Shown: piece by piece, positions 1-9,333 of the stretch
How the letters are laid out: every line of letters starts with the position of its first letter
Position numbering within the stretch: the stretch's first letter is position 1
IMG/VR virus record: IMGVR_UViG_2695420380_000007
Strand: one strand, 5' to 3'
Origin: a virus
Lineage: Duplodnaviria > Heunggongvirae > Uroviricota > Caudoviricetes
DNA: 25,520 nt
Made by a program: the position numbers and the translations under genes
Notes under the pieces: model-generated
The model's input: only the letters and a program-made list of their open reading frames with translations
Told to the model about the DNA's origin: nothing
Database searches by the model: none

Positions 1-25
1 ACCTCGGTTTACAGGAAACGGTAAA
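1..25. repeat. Left inverted repeat of tail-fibre inversion switch (putative crossover site, truncated by window start)
   Basis: acctcggtttacaggaaacggtaaa is the exact reverse complement of 3196-3220; it sits in-frame at the 5' edge of the alternate tail-fibre cassette. Confidence 0.75.
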
Positions 26-1028
26 CAAGGCTGGTAACGCCGTGCAAAAAAATGGCGATACGTTGTCCGGTGGACTTACTTTTGAAAACGACTCAATCCT
101 TGCCTGGATTCGAAATACTGACTGGGCAAAGATTGGGTTTAAAAATAATTCGGATGCAGACACCGATTCCTACATGTGGTTTGAAACAGGCAACAACGGC
201 AATGAATATTTCAAATGGAGACACCGCATCATTGGCACCCGGCCTAAAGACCTGATGAATCTTAAATGGAATGCTTTGTCTGTTCTTGTTGAAGCCCTTT
301 TCAGCAGTGAAGTGAAAATATCGACAGTCAATGCACTGAGGATATTTAATTCATCTTTTGGTGCCATTTTTCGTCGTTCTGAAGAATGCCTGCATATCAT
401 CCCTACACGAGAGAATGAAGGGGAAAATGGTAATATAGGGCCACTACGCCCCTTTACGCTTAATCTCAGAACTGGCCGGATAAGCATGGGGCATGGTCTT
501 GATGTTACAGGGGATATATTTGCAAACCGTTTTGCAATTAACAGTAGTACCGGCATGTGGATTCATATGCGTGACCAGAATGTTATTTTGGGACGTAATG
601 CGGTATCCACTGATGGTGCTCAGGCTTTGCTCCGTCAGGACCATGCCGACCGCAAATTTATGATTGGCGGTCTGGGAAATAAGCAATTTGGCATCTACAT
701 GATTAATAACTCAAGGACAGCCAATGGCACCGATGGTCAGGCGTACATGGATAATAACGGGAACTGGCTTTGCGGCTCGCAAGTTATTCCCGGCAACTAT
801 GGCAATTTTGATTCCAGATATGTGAAAGATGTTCGACTTGGTTCACAGCAATATTATGGAGTGAACAACTGGCAAACATGGAATTTTCAGTGCCCGTCAG
901 GCTATGTACTGACGGGGATTAACGTACAGGATACCGGAAAAAACTCTGCCGATAATATTGCAGGCGTTCATTACAGGCCAGTGCAAAAGTATATAAATGG
1001 CACTTGGTATAATGTGGCGAGTATTTAA
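1..1028 (+). CDS. Alternate tail-fibre C-terminal (receptor-binding) cassette, promoterless in this orientation; reading frame open to window start
   Basis: ORF 42-1028 (GTG at 42, frame open back to nt 3). N-terminal residues [11 protein letters not shown] match the H segment [12 protein letters not shown]; C-terminus [11 protein letters not shown] parallels [12 protein letters not shown]. Opposite strand to H. Confidence 0.7.
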   Translation, partial: LGLQETVNKAGNAVQKNGDTLSGGLTFENDSILAWIRNTDWAKIGFKNNSDADTDSYMWFETGNNGNEYFKWRHRIIGTRPKDLMNLKWNALSVLVEALFSSEVKISTVNALRIFNSSFGAIFRRSEECLHIIPTRENEGENGNIGPLRPFTLNLRTGRISMGHGLDVTGDIFANRFAINSSTGMWIHMRDQNVILGRNAVSTDGAQALLRQDHADRKFMIGGLGNKQFGIYMINNSRTANGTDGQAYMDNNGNWLCGSQVIPGNYGNFDSRYVKDVRLGSQQYYGVNNWQTWNFQCPSGYVLTGINVQDTGKNSADNIAGVHYRPVQKYINGTWYNVASI

Positions 1029-1029
1029 T

Positions 1030-1557
1030 ATGATGCACTTAAAGAACATAAAAGCAGGTAATGCTAAAACAGTGGAGCAGTATGAGTTAACAAAGAAGCA
1101 CGGAGTCATCTGGCTTTACTCTGAGGACGGAAAAAACTGGTATGAGGAAGTGAAGAACTTTCAGCCAGACACAATAAAGATTGTTTACGATGCAAATAAT
1201 ATTATTGTCGCCATCACCAAAGATGCCTCCACGCTTAACCCTGAAGGTTATAGCGTCGTTGAGGTTCCTGATATTACAGCTAATCGTCGTGCTGATGATT
1301 CCGGTAAGTGGATGTTTAAGGACGGAGCTGTGGTTAAACGGATTTATACGGCTGACGAACAGCAACAACAGGCCGAATCACAAAAGGCCGCATTGCTTTC
1401 CGAAGCTGAATCAGTCATCCAGCCGCTGGAACGCGCTGTCAGGCTGAATATGGCGACGGACGAGGAACGCACACGACTGGAAGCATGGGAACGCTACAGT
1501 GTTCTGGTCAGCCGTGTGGATACGGCAAAGCCAGAATGGCCACAAAAGCCTGAGTAA
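1030..1557 (+). CDS. Tail-fibre assembly protein, alternate copy (G')
   Basis: ATGATG at 1030-1035 two nt after the cassette stop. [11 protein letters not shown]...[14 protein letters not shown]...[12 protein letters not shown] closely parallels the minus-strand G protein. Confidence 0.8.
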   Translation: MMHLKNIKAGNAKTVEQYELTKKHGVIWLYSEDGKNWYEEVKNFQPDTIKIVYDANNIIVAITKDASTLNPEGYSVVEVPDITANRRADDSGKWMFKDGAVVKRIYTADEQQQQAESQKAALLSEAESVIQPLERAVRLNMATDEERTRLEAWERYSVLVSRVDTAKPEWPQKPE

Positions 1558-1562
1558 AAATT

Positions 1563-1582
1563 AAGGCCCGATATCGGGCCTT
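1563..1582. terminator. Bidirectional stem-loop between convergent tail-fibre assembly genes
   Basis: Perfect palindrome aaggcccgatatcgggcctt, flanked by aaaaatt on one side and gtttcatt on the other; sits between the stops at 1557 (plus) and 1586 (minus). Confidence 0.6.
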
Positions 1583-1585
1583 GTT

Positions 1586-2256
1586 TCATTCTGGTTGTTC
1601 GGGAAACGTTACTGGCAGGCTGGAGGTGTCTGTGGATTCGACCTTCTGCGCATAGAGCATCCACTCGGTTAATTTTTGTTTATTCTCGTCGGAAATAATG
1701 CCCAGCCGTAGCTGTGAGTCCCATAGCTGGGTTTTATCCCTGACGAGCTGTAGCAGGCTTTGCTTTTCATTTTCCGCTTGTTGCCTCTGCTCTTCCCCGG
1801 TATAAGTTCGCTTTATCACTACGCCATCTTTGAACATCCATTTACCTGAAATATCAGCCCGGCGATTTGCTGTAATATCAGGAACCTCAACGANNNNNNN
1901 NNNNNNNNNNNNNNNNNNNNNNNNNNNNNNNNNNNNNNNNNNNNNNNNNNNNNNNNNNNNNNNNNNNNNNNNNNNNNNNNNCCTGAAATATCAGCCCGGC
2001 GATTTGCTGTAATATCAGGAACCTCAACGACGCTTGCGCCTTCCGGATTAATTGCTGAAACATCCTTTTCAATACAAATAATAACGCCGTTGTGGTCATA
2101 GACCATTTTCAACGTATCAGGCTGAAAGTTCTTTTGTTCCTCATACCAGTTTTTCCCATCCTCTGTATAAAGCCATTTGATGTTAAATTGTTTCGTTAGC
2201 TGGTATTGCTCTTTTGTTTCAGGATTACCAGCAGAAATGTTTTTTAAGTGCATCAT
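1586..2256 (-). CDS. G: Tail-fibre assembly protein G (intact gene split by an assembly-gap artefact)
   Basis: ATG at 2254-2256 three nt after the H stop. The ORF track splits it (1819-2256 and 1586-1837) only because of N-run 1894-1981 plus a 49-bp duplicated flank; removing 137 nt restores one 177-codon frame. Confidence 0.8.
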
Positions 2257-2258
2257 CG

Positions 2259-4229
2259 TTAAATACTCCCCGCGTTATACCACGTCCCATTAATGCAATA
2301 CTGAATTGGCCTTGCCTGAGTTGTATCAATTAGTTCATCTCTGTTTGAGTTAACGGAACCGGTAACAACATAACCTGACCTGTCAGACCATCCGGGACCA
2401 TTCCATGTCTGAACAGATAACAGACCACCAAGGCGAATACCTGTAATAAACCTTGAGTTACATTCTGCCTGCGTATATGCACCAACATCTCCCGCAGAGG
2501 GTTTGCGGGTTGTGGTGTAAAACTCTGACCAGTCAGCTTCAAAGCCATAACCATCACGCGCTGAACGATAAAAAATACCGCCGTTCCTGTAATTCACGCG
2601 GAACTGTACAGCAGGGCAGCTCCCCGTATTCATATTGAAGTGGAGGATTAATGTCGATGCGCCACCAATGTTTGCGTTATAGACCCCGCTATTCCAGTTC
2701 CAGCCAACAGCTTTATCATTTCCGACAGTGCTTCCTGTTTGCCCTAAAGCAAATGCAGGTTGTTGATTTTTCGTGTTGTAGTCTCGTCGCCAGCCAGGAG
2801 CGTAAGCATCACCATGATTAATATAAGTGAATTGAGCGTTAGTAATTCCGCCACCGCTGGACGTGCTCGGCGTGGTAACGCGTATGGTCATTGCGCCGCG
2901 AGTGCCAATAACTTCCACCACAGCACCTGCAAGACAAATATTTCCGCAACCTGTATCTGTAATGACCTTATTATTTGCATAAGCCCATGAGCCTTTGCAC
3001 ATCCAGTAAGGATGGTTAAATGCTCCCTGACTCTCCAGCCACGAAATAAATTGCGCGGTTGTCCAGACCTGACTATCGCCACCAATATTCAGCCATGAGC
3101 TATATGCGCGGCAGGCACCAATATTTTTGGTGAAGGTATCTTTCCCCGGAATATCTGCGCCGTTCTGGTTTTTCTGTAATGCGCCAGAAGCCTGATTTAC
3201 CGTTTCCTGTAAACCGAGGTATTCGATAACGGCGGCAACGGTCGATTTCGCAAGAATATCCCGCCCGACTTTTGTCAGGGTTGCCAGGCTGGCGACATCA
3301 TTCCCCGTAAAATACGGAAACCTGTCTGCCGCAGTAGCAAGCCCCGCCAGCGCCGTCAGAGTGGCATCTTTCGGTTGCTTACCCGCAAGCGCGTTAGTCA
3401 TGGTGGTCGCAAAATTCGGGTCGTTGCCCAGCGCCGCCGCCAGCTCGTTCAGTGTGTTCAGTGCATCAGGCGAAGAGTCTACAAGTGCGGCAATCGCAGC
3501 CATAACGAAAGCCGTGCTTGCGATTTGGGTATTATTCGTTCCCTGTCGCGCAGTTGGTGTTGTTGGCGTTCCGGTCAGTGCCGGGCTGTTTAATGGGGCT
3601 TTCTTGTTCGTTTCATCCATTACTGCCTTAACGGCTTTTGGTGTCGCTGCCAGCGTTTCAGACGTGCTGTTGGTGGCGTTGCTGAGCTGGACAAGGCCTT
3701 TTGCGGTCAGCGAGGCGTCCGGGTGACGTCGTGACTGTTCATGCTCTTTCAGTTTGTCATCCACGTAATTCACTGTGGCCATCACCATGGTGTTATCCAC
3801 GGTAAGCGCCACAGTGGCAGTGCTGGATACGGTCAGAATGGTGCGAAATGTTTGTGCACGTCCGGATCCTTCGGCAACGGTTGGCTTGTAACTTTCGGCA
3901 GTATTGCCTACCGCGATCAAATCGCCGTGCTCATCAAACACACCAATTTCCCGGATCCAGAATCCGCCCGTTTCAGGAGGAATAACCAGCTCCGCAATAA
4001 TGTGGTTCTGATGTGTTGCGTCCAGGGTGACGCGATTAACGGTATGTCGCCACACCTCATGCACAAGACGGGTCTGCTTACTGTCTGGCGTGGGTAAAGT
4101 ACCGCCGCCGTCACCCACGGCCATATGTGTCAGGCGGACAGGTTTCCCATCTGGCGCGGTTGCCTGCGCTAATTTTTTTGCACCCGTATCGGTGATAATG
4201 GTTTTAAATTTTCGTGTTGTGGTACTCAT
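2259..4229 (-). CDS. H: Tail fibre protein H (constant N-terminal part plus the currently expressed variable C-terminal domain)
   Basis: 656-aa ORF, ATG at 4227-4229; position between I and G; Ala/Thr-rich repetitive middle; C-terminus shared with the alternate cassette. Confidence 0.85.
   Translation of the reverse strand: MSTTTRKFKTIITDTGAKKLAQATAPDGKPVRLTHMAVGDGGGTLPTPDSKQTRLVHEVWRHTVNRVTLDATHQNHIIAELVIPPETGGFWIREIGVFDEHGDLIAVGNTAESYKPTVAEGSGRAQTFRTILTVSSTATVALTVDNTMVMATVNYVDDKLKEHEQSRRHPDASLTAKGLVQLSNATNSTSETLAATPKAVKAVMDETNKKAPLNSPALTGTPTTPTARQGTNNTQIASTAFVMAAIAALVDSSPDALNTLNELAAALGNDPNFATTMTNALAGKQPKDATLTALAGLATAADRFPYFTGNDVASLATLTKVGRDILAKSTVAAVIEYLGLQETVNQASGALQKNQNGADIPGKDTFTKNIGACRAYSSWLNIGGDSQVWTTAQFISWLESQGAFNHPYWMCKGSWAYANNKVITDTGCGNICLAGAVVEVIGTRGAMTIRVTTPSTSSGGGITNAQFTYINHGDAYAPGWRRDYNTKNQQPAFALGQTGSTVGNDKAVGWNWNSGVYNANIGGASTLILHFNMNTGSCPAVQFRVNYRNGGIFYRSARDGYGFEADWSEFYTTTRKPSAGDVGAYTQAECNSRFITGIRLGGLLSVQTWNGPGWSDRSGYVVTGSVNSNRDELIDTTQARPIQYCINGTWYNAGSI
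3196..3220. repeat. Right inverted repeat of tail-fibre inversion switch, inside H coding sequence
   Basis: tttaccgtttcctgtaaaccgaggt is the reverse complement of 1-25; encodes the LGLQETVN junction between constant and variable H parts. Confidence 0.75.
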
Positions 4230-4231
4230 GC

Positions 4232-4762
4232 TTAATCGTCCGGATAAATGGTAATGACTTCACCGTCGTAAGTTGCTGCTGCCGCGAAAATATCTCCCTG
4301 AATCTCCTGAATGATATTCAGCCCTGTCATGTGGCGGCTGACCGGGCGGGCATCAGCAATCAACCGCTCCATTTCCAGATACATTTCCTCCGTCACGCCA
4401 CTGTCCAGCGTGCCAACATCAATCTTGAATGTTCCGGGTTCGCCGTTGAACTCCCACCACTCAGACACGCGAATGAGGTATCCCAGCGGCTCAATGGCCC
4501 GTCGCAGGGCGCTGATGGTTCCTTTGTGTCGGTGTATCAGCCATGCATCACGAATCACCTGTCGCTTTGTCTCTTCCGGCCAGTTGCGATCCCAGCGGTC
4601 AACGGAAAACGCCCAGGCGAGATAAGGCAGCAGATGCACCGGGCAGGTGTCCGGCGACCACAGCGTGTTGAGGTCTGCCGGAATGTCTGTAATGCGTGTT
4701 CCGACGGCTTCGGCACAACGCATGAAATTGCTGGCTGATGGTGGTAACAGTGAATTACTCAT
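4232..4762 (-). CDS. I: Baseplate assembly protein I
   Basis: ATG at 4760-4762 gives 176 aa (P2 gpI length, from memory). The ORF track start is a GTG at 4795 that would overlap J by 41 nt. Position between J and H. Confidence 0.75.
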   Translation of the reverse strand: MSNSLLPPSASNFMRCAEAVGTRITDIPADLNTLWSPDTCPVHLLPYLAWAFSVDRWDRNWPEETKRQVIRDAWLIHRHKGTISALRRAIEPLGYLIRVSEWWEFNGEPGTFKIDVGTLDSGVTEEMYLEMERLIADARPVSRHMTGLNIIQEIQGDIFAAAATYDGEVITIYPDD

Positions 4763-5651
4763 TACGCCCACCTTCGCTGATGGTGAATGACTCACAGCGC
4801 GCCGCCTGTATGTCGCTGATGGCCATATTCTGTGTGGGTTCGATTATCTCCACGCGTTGCACACCGTGCACATGCAGTGCGGCAGCAATGGCGGACAACG
4901 CCACGTCCTGACCGATAAGCCCCTGCTCAGCCAGCCACTTCCTGAACGACGATTCAGCCGCAGCCAGAATAGGTTCGGATTCCGGACCGGGGTAAAAGTA
5001 CAGTTTTGCATTCAGCCGCCATGTCACGATTCTGGCACTCTGTACGGTCAGGCGGTCGGCCACCGGGCGGGTATCCTCTGCATTCAGAACGGCGCGAACG
5101 GTATTAAGCAACGCCTCCGTTGCTGTGCCGTCGCCCTCAGTGGACAGGATGGAAACCGTCACATTTGCCGGAGACGGACTGATGGCCCGCGCATCGCGCA
5201 CCAGACCGCTGGCGCTGCGGGCAAAATACTCGTATGCGCCTGACGGGCCTGCAACACTCAGGCCGTCATACGCCCGCTGCGCCCGCAGTCTCAGCGAGGT
5301 GTCGTTCTCCATCACCACGTCGGTGGTATCCGTTGCCGGAGTGATAACCAGGCGCTTTGTGTTCATATTGCCCGCGAGGTTGTCCAGGTCTGTTCCGGCG
5401 CTGTGGCTCAACATGCAGGCGCGTGCGGCCTCATTGACCCGCTGGCGTAACAGCATTTCACGAAACGACATGGTTTGAGCGATAACGTTCAGGGGTTCCG
5501 ATTCCAGTTCCAGTGCGGCGGAGACGACTTCACGCTGTTCGGCGGGATAAGCTGCAATCATCATGGCCTTTGTGTCAGCCAGAATTGCCTCAAAGTCAGG
5601 CTCCGCGATGATGGCGGGTTCCGGTAACTGGGAAAGGTCAACGGCAGGCAT
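4755..5651 (-). CDS. J: Baseplate assembly protein J
   Basis: 298-aa ORF, ATG at 5649-5651; size and position match P2 gpJ. Confidence 0.8.
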   Translation of the reverse strand: MPAVDLSQLPEPAIIAEPDFEAILADTKAMMIAAYPAEQREVVSAALELESEPLNVIAQTMSFREMLLRQRVNEAARACMLSHSAGTDLDNLAGNMNTKRLVITPATDTTDVVMENDTSLRLRAQRAYDGLSVAGPSGAYEYFARSASGLVRDARAISPSPANVTVSILSTEGDGTATEALLNTVRAVLNAEDTRPVADRLTVQSARIVTWRLNAKLYFYPGPESEPILAAAESSFRKWLAEQGLIGQDVALSAIAAALHVHGVQRVEIIEPTQNMAISDIQAARCESFTISEGGRNE

Positions 5652-5654
5652 GAT

Positions 5655-6005
5655 TTACTCCCTCAGCGTGATGGTTAATTCAACATTCTGCATGGTCTGC
5701 ATGACAGTGCCCGACAGCGTCACCCCGGCGTGGCCTCCTGCCTTCCAGACAACGTCGATGGCGTTCAGGGCAATGCGTGGTTCCCATCGTGTCAGTGCAA
5801 TCACGGTAGCACTCATGCATTGCAGACGCGTGGTGTTATTCATGGGTTCGTCAATCAAATCAGGCACAAGGCTGCCATATTCCCGTCGCATAACCCGGCT
5901 TGCCAGCGGGGTGGTCAGGATGTCCCTGACTGACTGTTTCAGGTGCGCCATATCGTTCAGGTTTCCCGTCCCGTCCGGGTTCATTCCTGTGTAGCGGGTT
6001 GTCAC
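5655..6005 (-). CDS. W: Baseplate assembly protein W (gp25-like)
   Basis: 116 aa; GTG start preceded by AGGAGG with 6-nt spacing; overlaps the V stop. Confidence 0.8.
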   Translation of the reverse strand: MTTRYTGMNPDGTGNLNDMAHLKQSVRDILTTPLASRVMRREYGSLVPDLIDEPMNNTTRLQCMSATVIALTRWEPRIALNAIDVVWKAGGHAGVTLSGTVMQTMQNVELTITLRE

Positions 6006-6583
6006 TGCGGGCCTCCTGTCGAATCGCTGCCACCTTTAACGCCACCGTGCTTATGCGTATGCACTGTGATGCCGTTTGAGGTGAAATCGCCGCCGCTGTG
6101 CGTGATATTGCCGCTCATCGTTCCCCCTTTTGTGACGTCAAGCGTCGCTGTTCTCAGAAGGTCTGTGCATTCCACGACAGGCGTGTTCAGTGTCACGCTG
6201 ATGGATGCCTGCAAAGTGGCCGTTTTCATGCCGCTTGCGCTCAGTGCGCCTGCGTCCGCGTCGTAGCGGAACACCGCGCCGTCCGGCGCGCTGACCACGA
6301 TTTCTTTCAGGCTTTTGCCGGGTGCCGGAATGGCATCACTCCACAGGCTGCCGATTATCATGGCGGTTTCCGGGTTGCCGCCGATGCAGGCAATTGCCAC
6401 CTGTTCGCCTGGTGATGGCGGAAACCACACGTTGAAGTCTCCCGCGCGCGTGGTGTTCCAGCGCAGCCAGCCTGTTTCCAGTTCGCCGCTGCGAACGCGC
6501 ACGCACCAGGATTCCTCATCAACTTCAGAGATGATCCCGGTGCGGATGATATTGCTCAGCAGTCGCATGAGTTCTGCGCTCAT
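6002..6583 (-). CDS. V: Baseplate spike protein V
   Basis: 193 aa, ATG at 6581-6583 in an ATGA overlap with the upstream gene; position upstream of W. Confidence 0.8.
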   Translation of the reverse strand: MSAELMRLLSNIIRTGIISEVDEESWCVRVRSGELETGWLRWNTTRAGDFNVWFPPSPGEQVAIACIGGNPETAMIIGSLWSDAIPAPGKSLKEIVVSAPDGAVFRYDADAGALSASGMKTATLQASISVTLNTPVVECTDLLRTATLDVTKGGTMSGNITHSGGDFTSNGITVHTHKHGGVKGGSDSTGGPQ

Positions 6584-7215
6584 CGTACAGCCTCCGCAAT
6601 CCGGCCCAGCACCGTGTTATAAATCAGGCGCTCATCTGCCTGGCTGATACCCAGCAGCTCACGTACCGGGTAATCGGTGAAAATGCCCGGCGCAACCTGA
6701 TCGCGCTCACCGAACTGATGAACGCGTGCAATACGTGCGGCCACGCCGCTGTAACCCACCGTCACACCGGAAGCATCTGCACGGGCTTTCAGGTAGCGGG
6801 CGGTGCGCAGTTTTACGAACATGGAGACGCGCCTGGTGCTGTCCTGGTTGATGCGCCGGGTGCGTATTTCCAGAAAACGGTCGATGTCATCCCGGTAAAA
6901 CGTGCGGATATTGTTTTTATCCTCATCCCACCCGGTGATGGTTCGCCCGTATTTCCCCGTGTCGTGATGCCAGTTTTTCAGCGTGCGTGCTTCGTTATTC
7001 CAGATAAAGCGAATGCGCTCCTGTATCCGGGTTACGCGGCGTCTGCGTGGTGTCCATGCGGTCCCGTCCGGCGCTTTCTGTGACCGGATACGCGCCTGCT
7101 GGGCGCGGCGTAAATCCTGTGCCAGCTTTCTGGCGATGTTATTAATGGCCTGCTGATTCAGGCTGTCGCGGATAGCCTCAAAGGTTTCATCCACGCGGGT
7201 GAATGCCTTATCCAT
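6580..7215 (-). CDS. S: Virion morphogenesis / tail completion protein (gpS-like)
   Basis: 211-aa ORF, ATG 7213-7215, overlapping the R stop; position between R and V. Longer than P2 gpS (about 150 aa, from memory), so the start may be internal. Confidence 0.65.
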   Translation of the reverse strand: MDKAFTRVDETFEAIRDSLNQQAINNIARKLAQDLRRAQQARIRSQKAPDGTAWTPRRRRVTRIQERIRFIWNNEARTLKNWHHDTGKYGRTITGWDEDKNNIRTFYRDDIDRFLEIRTRRINQDSTRRVSMFVKLRTARYLKARADASGVTVGYSGVAARIARVHQFGERDQVAPGIFTDYPVRELLGISQADERLIYNTVLGRIAEAVR

Positions 7216-7700
7216 CGCTTTCCCCCCACGTCACATCCTGGAATACATGCGACCAGTCGCCTTCGGAAGAGGGCAGGCGGGGTTTTGGCTCCGGCAGGTG
7301 TTCTGCCTGCGGTGTGCCCTGACTGCTGCGCGTGATGCGAACGCGTTCCCGCAGGGGGAGCGTAAACAGGAGATCGGCGCTGTCATCGTCATTGATAACG
7401 GCGGAAAATTTGATGTCCTGATTACGCTCCGGATTGAGCAACAACTGTGGCTGATTTTCGGATAACCACGCCAGCAGCGGCAGCGTGAGGTCGTCCAGCT
7501 CTCCGGCGTAATCCATGACAAACATCACTATCTGATANNNNNNNNNNNNNNNNNNNNNGATAGCGGTAAACAAACGATGGGGTTTCTCCGGTCGTTTCAA
7601 TGTTGCCGCTCTCCACGAAAATGGTGAATTTTTCCGGGTTGGCATGACACCACCGGCATGAACGGGTCATGGCTTCACGCAGGGAATCAGTTTTCAGCAT
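7208..7700 (-). CDS. R: Tail completion protein R (frame interrupted only by N-run 7538-7558)
   Basis: ATG at 7698-7700 (MLKTDSLREAM...); C-terminal part is ORF 7208-7645; the two join in frame if the N-run plus a 4-nt duplicated flank (gata) is removed. Confidence 0.7.
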
Positions 7701-8007
7701 GGTTGTTGTCCTCGTTGTTCAGTCNNNNNNNNNNNNNNNNNNNNNNNNNNNGTCGTTGCAGCCTGCGCTGTTCCAGTAATTCAATGGCCCGCTTATCGGC
7801 GTTACAGGTTTCCAGTGCGTCCATGAGGCTGTCGCTCCATATCCCGATGTTTCCCCATGATGGCGTCACCGGAAACGGCGGGGGAAGTACGGGGGCGGTC
7901 AGCCCTTCCGGGATGAAACGGAACGACGGCGGCGGCGCGGACGCGTTCTGCGTGCTGGTGCAACCGCTCAGTAAAGCGAGCGTCAGGAACAGCGCGGGCA
8001 CATGCAT
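7687..8007 (-). CDS. lysC: Outer-membrane spanin lipoprotein (Rz1/LysC-like), partly embedded in lysB in another frame
   Basis: ATG at 8005-8007 gives MHVPALFLTLALLSGC (lipobox LLSGC) followed by a proline-rich segment; starts inside the i-spanin gene and runs past its end. 3' end uncertain because of N-run 7725-7751. Confidence 0.6.
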   Translation of the reverse strand: MHVPALFLTLALLSGCTSTQNASAPPPSFRFIPEGLTAPVLPPPFPVTPSWGNIGIWSDSLMDALETCNADKRAIELLEQRRLQRXXXXXXXXXXLNNEDNNHAEN

Positions 8008-8275
8008 CTGTCGTGATATCGTTGCGTAGCTGTTCACGTCGGATTTCCCCTTCCTGTTGTCGGTTCTGGCGCGCTGTCATGACGTCACGCAGTACACCGG
8101 ATGCGGTGCTGATGATGGTGCCGGCCTCTTTCAGGGTCCGGCTGTAATCGTCCAGTTGCGCCTGTGTATAACGGTTGTGTCCGTCTTCCTGCCCCAGTCT
8201 GAATGTCTGCCAGAGTGTTATGGTCAGCAGCGTGAGGACGGTCAGTGCCATCATCAGGATGTAACGCACTTTCAT
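7802..8275 (-). CDS. lysB: Inner-membrane spanin (Rz/LysB-like)
   Basis: 157 aa; N-terminal transmembrane segment ILMMALTVLTLLTITLW then a charged, helix-prone periplasmic domain; ATGA overlap with the endolysin stop. Confidence 0.7.
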   Translation of the reverse strand: MKVRYILMMALTVLTLLTITLWQTFRLGQEDGHNRYTQAQLDDYSRTLKEAGTIISTASGVLRDVMTARQNRQQEGEIRREQLRNDITTDACARAVPDARFTERLHQHAERVRAAAVVPFHPGRADRPRTSPAVSGDAIMGKHRDMERQPHGRTGNL

Positions 8276-8820
8276 GACTGGCCTCCGGTGTCACGTAAGC
8301 ACCATGCACGAAAATCAGTACGACGGTTAACCAGTCCCTGTGAGCGTTCGCCGCCGCTGTTCACGAAGTCAGTCAGTCTGTTGCACATGTCAGGCCAGTT
8401 GTGCGCCTGTGCATGTTTCCAGATAGTGGTGCGGTGGTAGTTACGGTTCTTATCCCTGAACCACATAAGATTTCTGCATCCAAGATTAAAGGCGGCATCT
8501 GTCATTGCCTCAAACGCGGACTGTGGCATGGCGTTGCCGCTGAAGTTCTGATTTATGCAGTTTTCTGCATGTTGCATATCATTAACCCAGCGCCCGGCGA
8601 CTTCCGTTTCGGTGTACAGACGATTTTCCACATGCCCGGTCGAGCCGCACCCCACGGTCATTACCCCGGCAATATCCCGGTAAGGCGTTGCGCGACAGTC
8701 CTCCCATGTGGCAATGCGGATTTGCGCTTCCGGGCTGGTCCGGAGTTTGTGAGGGGCAATGGAGAACCCCAGCGCCACAATGGCGGCTACGGCGTAACGT
8801 TTAACGGGCAGCTTTATCAT
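8272..8820 (-). CDS. K: Endolysin, T4-lysozyme-like (GH24), probably signal-anchor-release (SAR) type
   Basis: 182 aa; N-terminal KRYAVAAIVALGFSIA resembles SAR domains; TWEDCRATPYRDIAGVMTVGCGSTGH resembles the P21 R catalytic region (from memory). Confidence 0.75.
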   Translation of the reverse strand: MIKLPVKRYAVAAIVALGFSIAPHKLRTSPEAQIRIATWEDCRATPYRDIAGVMTVGCGSTGHVENRLYTETEVAGRWVNDMQHAENCINQNFSGNAMPQSAFEAMTDAAFNLGCRNLMWFRDKNRNYHRTTIWKHAQAHNWPDMCNRLTDFVNSGGERSQGLVNRRTDFRAWCLRDTGGQS

Positions 8821-9103
8821 GTGTATCGTTATCCCGCAGAATGTTCAGAGCCTGACGCTCACTGTCGTGAAGTGGCCGTGCGTCTGACTGCGCCAGGATA
8901 CTGGCGATGAGTTCATTGCGACGCTGCATGGCGGTTTCCATCAGGCGGCGATGTCGCCAGGCATGTAATGCAGACAGAGAACCGAGTAACAACCCGGCAA
9001 GGGCGATTTTTTCACTGATGGTCATCACGCCTATTGTGGTGGCTGTGACTGATGCCCAGAAGGTGATCCAGTCACTCACCCGCTGAAAAAAACCTGTTAC
9101 CAT
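8801..9103 (-). CDS. Holin (two predicted transmembrane segments, pinholin-like)
   Basis: ATG at 9101-9103 (internal to ORF 8801-9310) gives a 100-aa protein: WITFWASVTATTIGVM and IALAGLLLGSLSALHAW followed by a charged C-terminus; sits just upstream of the endolysin. Confidence 0.6.
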   Translation of the reverse strand: MVTGFFQRVSDWITFWASVTATTIGVMTISEKIALAGLLLGSLSALHAWRHRRLMETAMQRRNELIASILAQSDARPLHDSERQALNILRDNDTHDKAAR

Positions 9104-9294
9104 AGCTGTATCATCTCTCGTTGTTTTTTCTTCTCCGGCTCCGGCATTTCCACCTCCTGTCCGGCTTCCAGAAATACCTGTCGGCAGAGTCCGGGGTTGG
9201 CATCCAGCACCTTTTCGGTGACGCCCTGCGTCGTGCCGTAGTACCGGAAACAGAGCGAATCCACGGTGTCGCCTTCCAGTGTCTTCACTTTCAT
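9097..9294 (-). CDS. X: Tail protein X (LysM-like)
   Basis: ATG at 9292-9294; MKVKTLEGDTVDSLCFRYYGTTQGVTEKVLDANPGL resembles P2 gpX (from memory); 65 aa. Confidence 0.8.
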   Translation of the reverse strand: MKVKTLEGDTVDSLCFRYYGTTQGVTEKVLDANPGLCRQVFLEAGQEVEMPEPEKKKQREMIQLW

Positions 9295-9333
9295 CAGCAC
9301 AACTCCGCAAAGATTCGCGGGCGGCACAGAATG

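Noticed and set aside
1819-2256. Treating G as two genes or a frameshifted pseudogene
   Set aside because: The break coincides with an N-run flanked by an exact 49-bp duplication; removing the artefact restores a single in-frame gene.
3361-4738. Several plus-strand ORFs (3361-3726, 3741-4097, 4214-4738)
   Set aside because: Antisense to tail fibre H and baseplate I in GC-rich sequence; typical shadow ORFs with Ala/Arg/Cys-rich translations.
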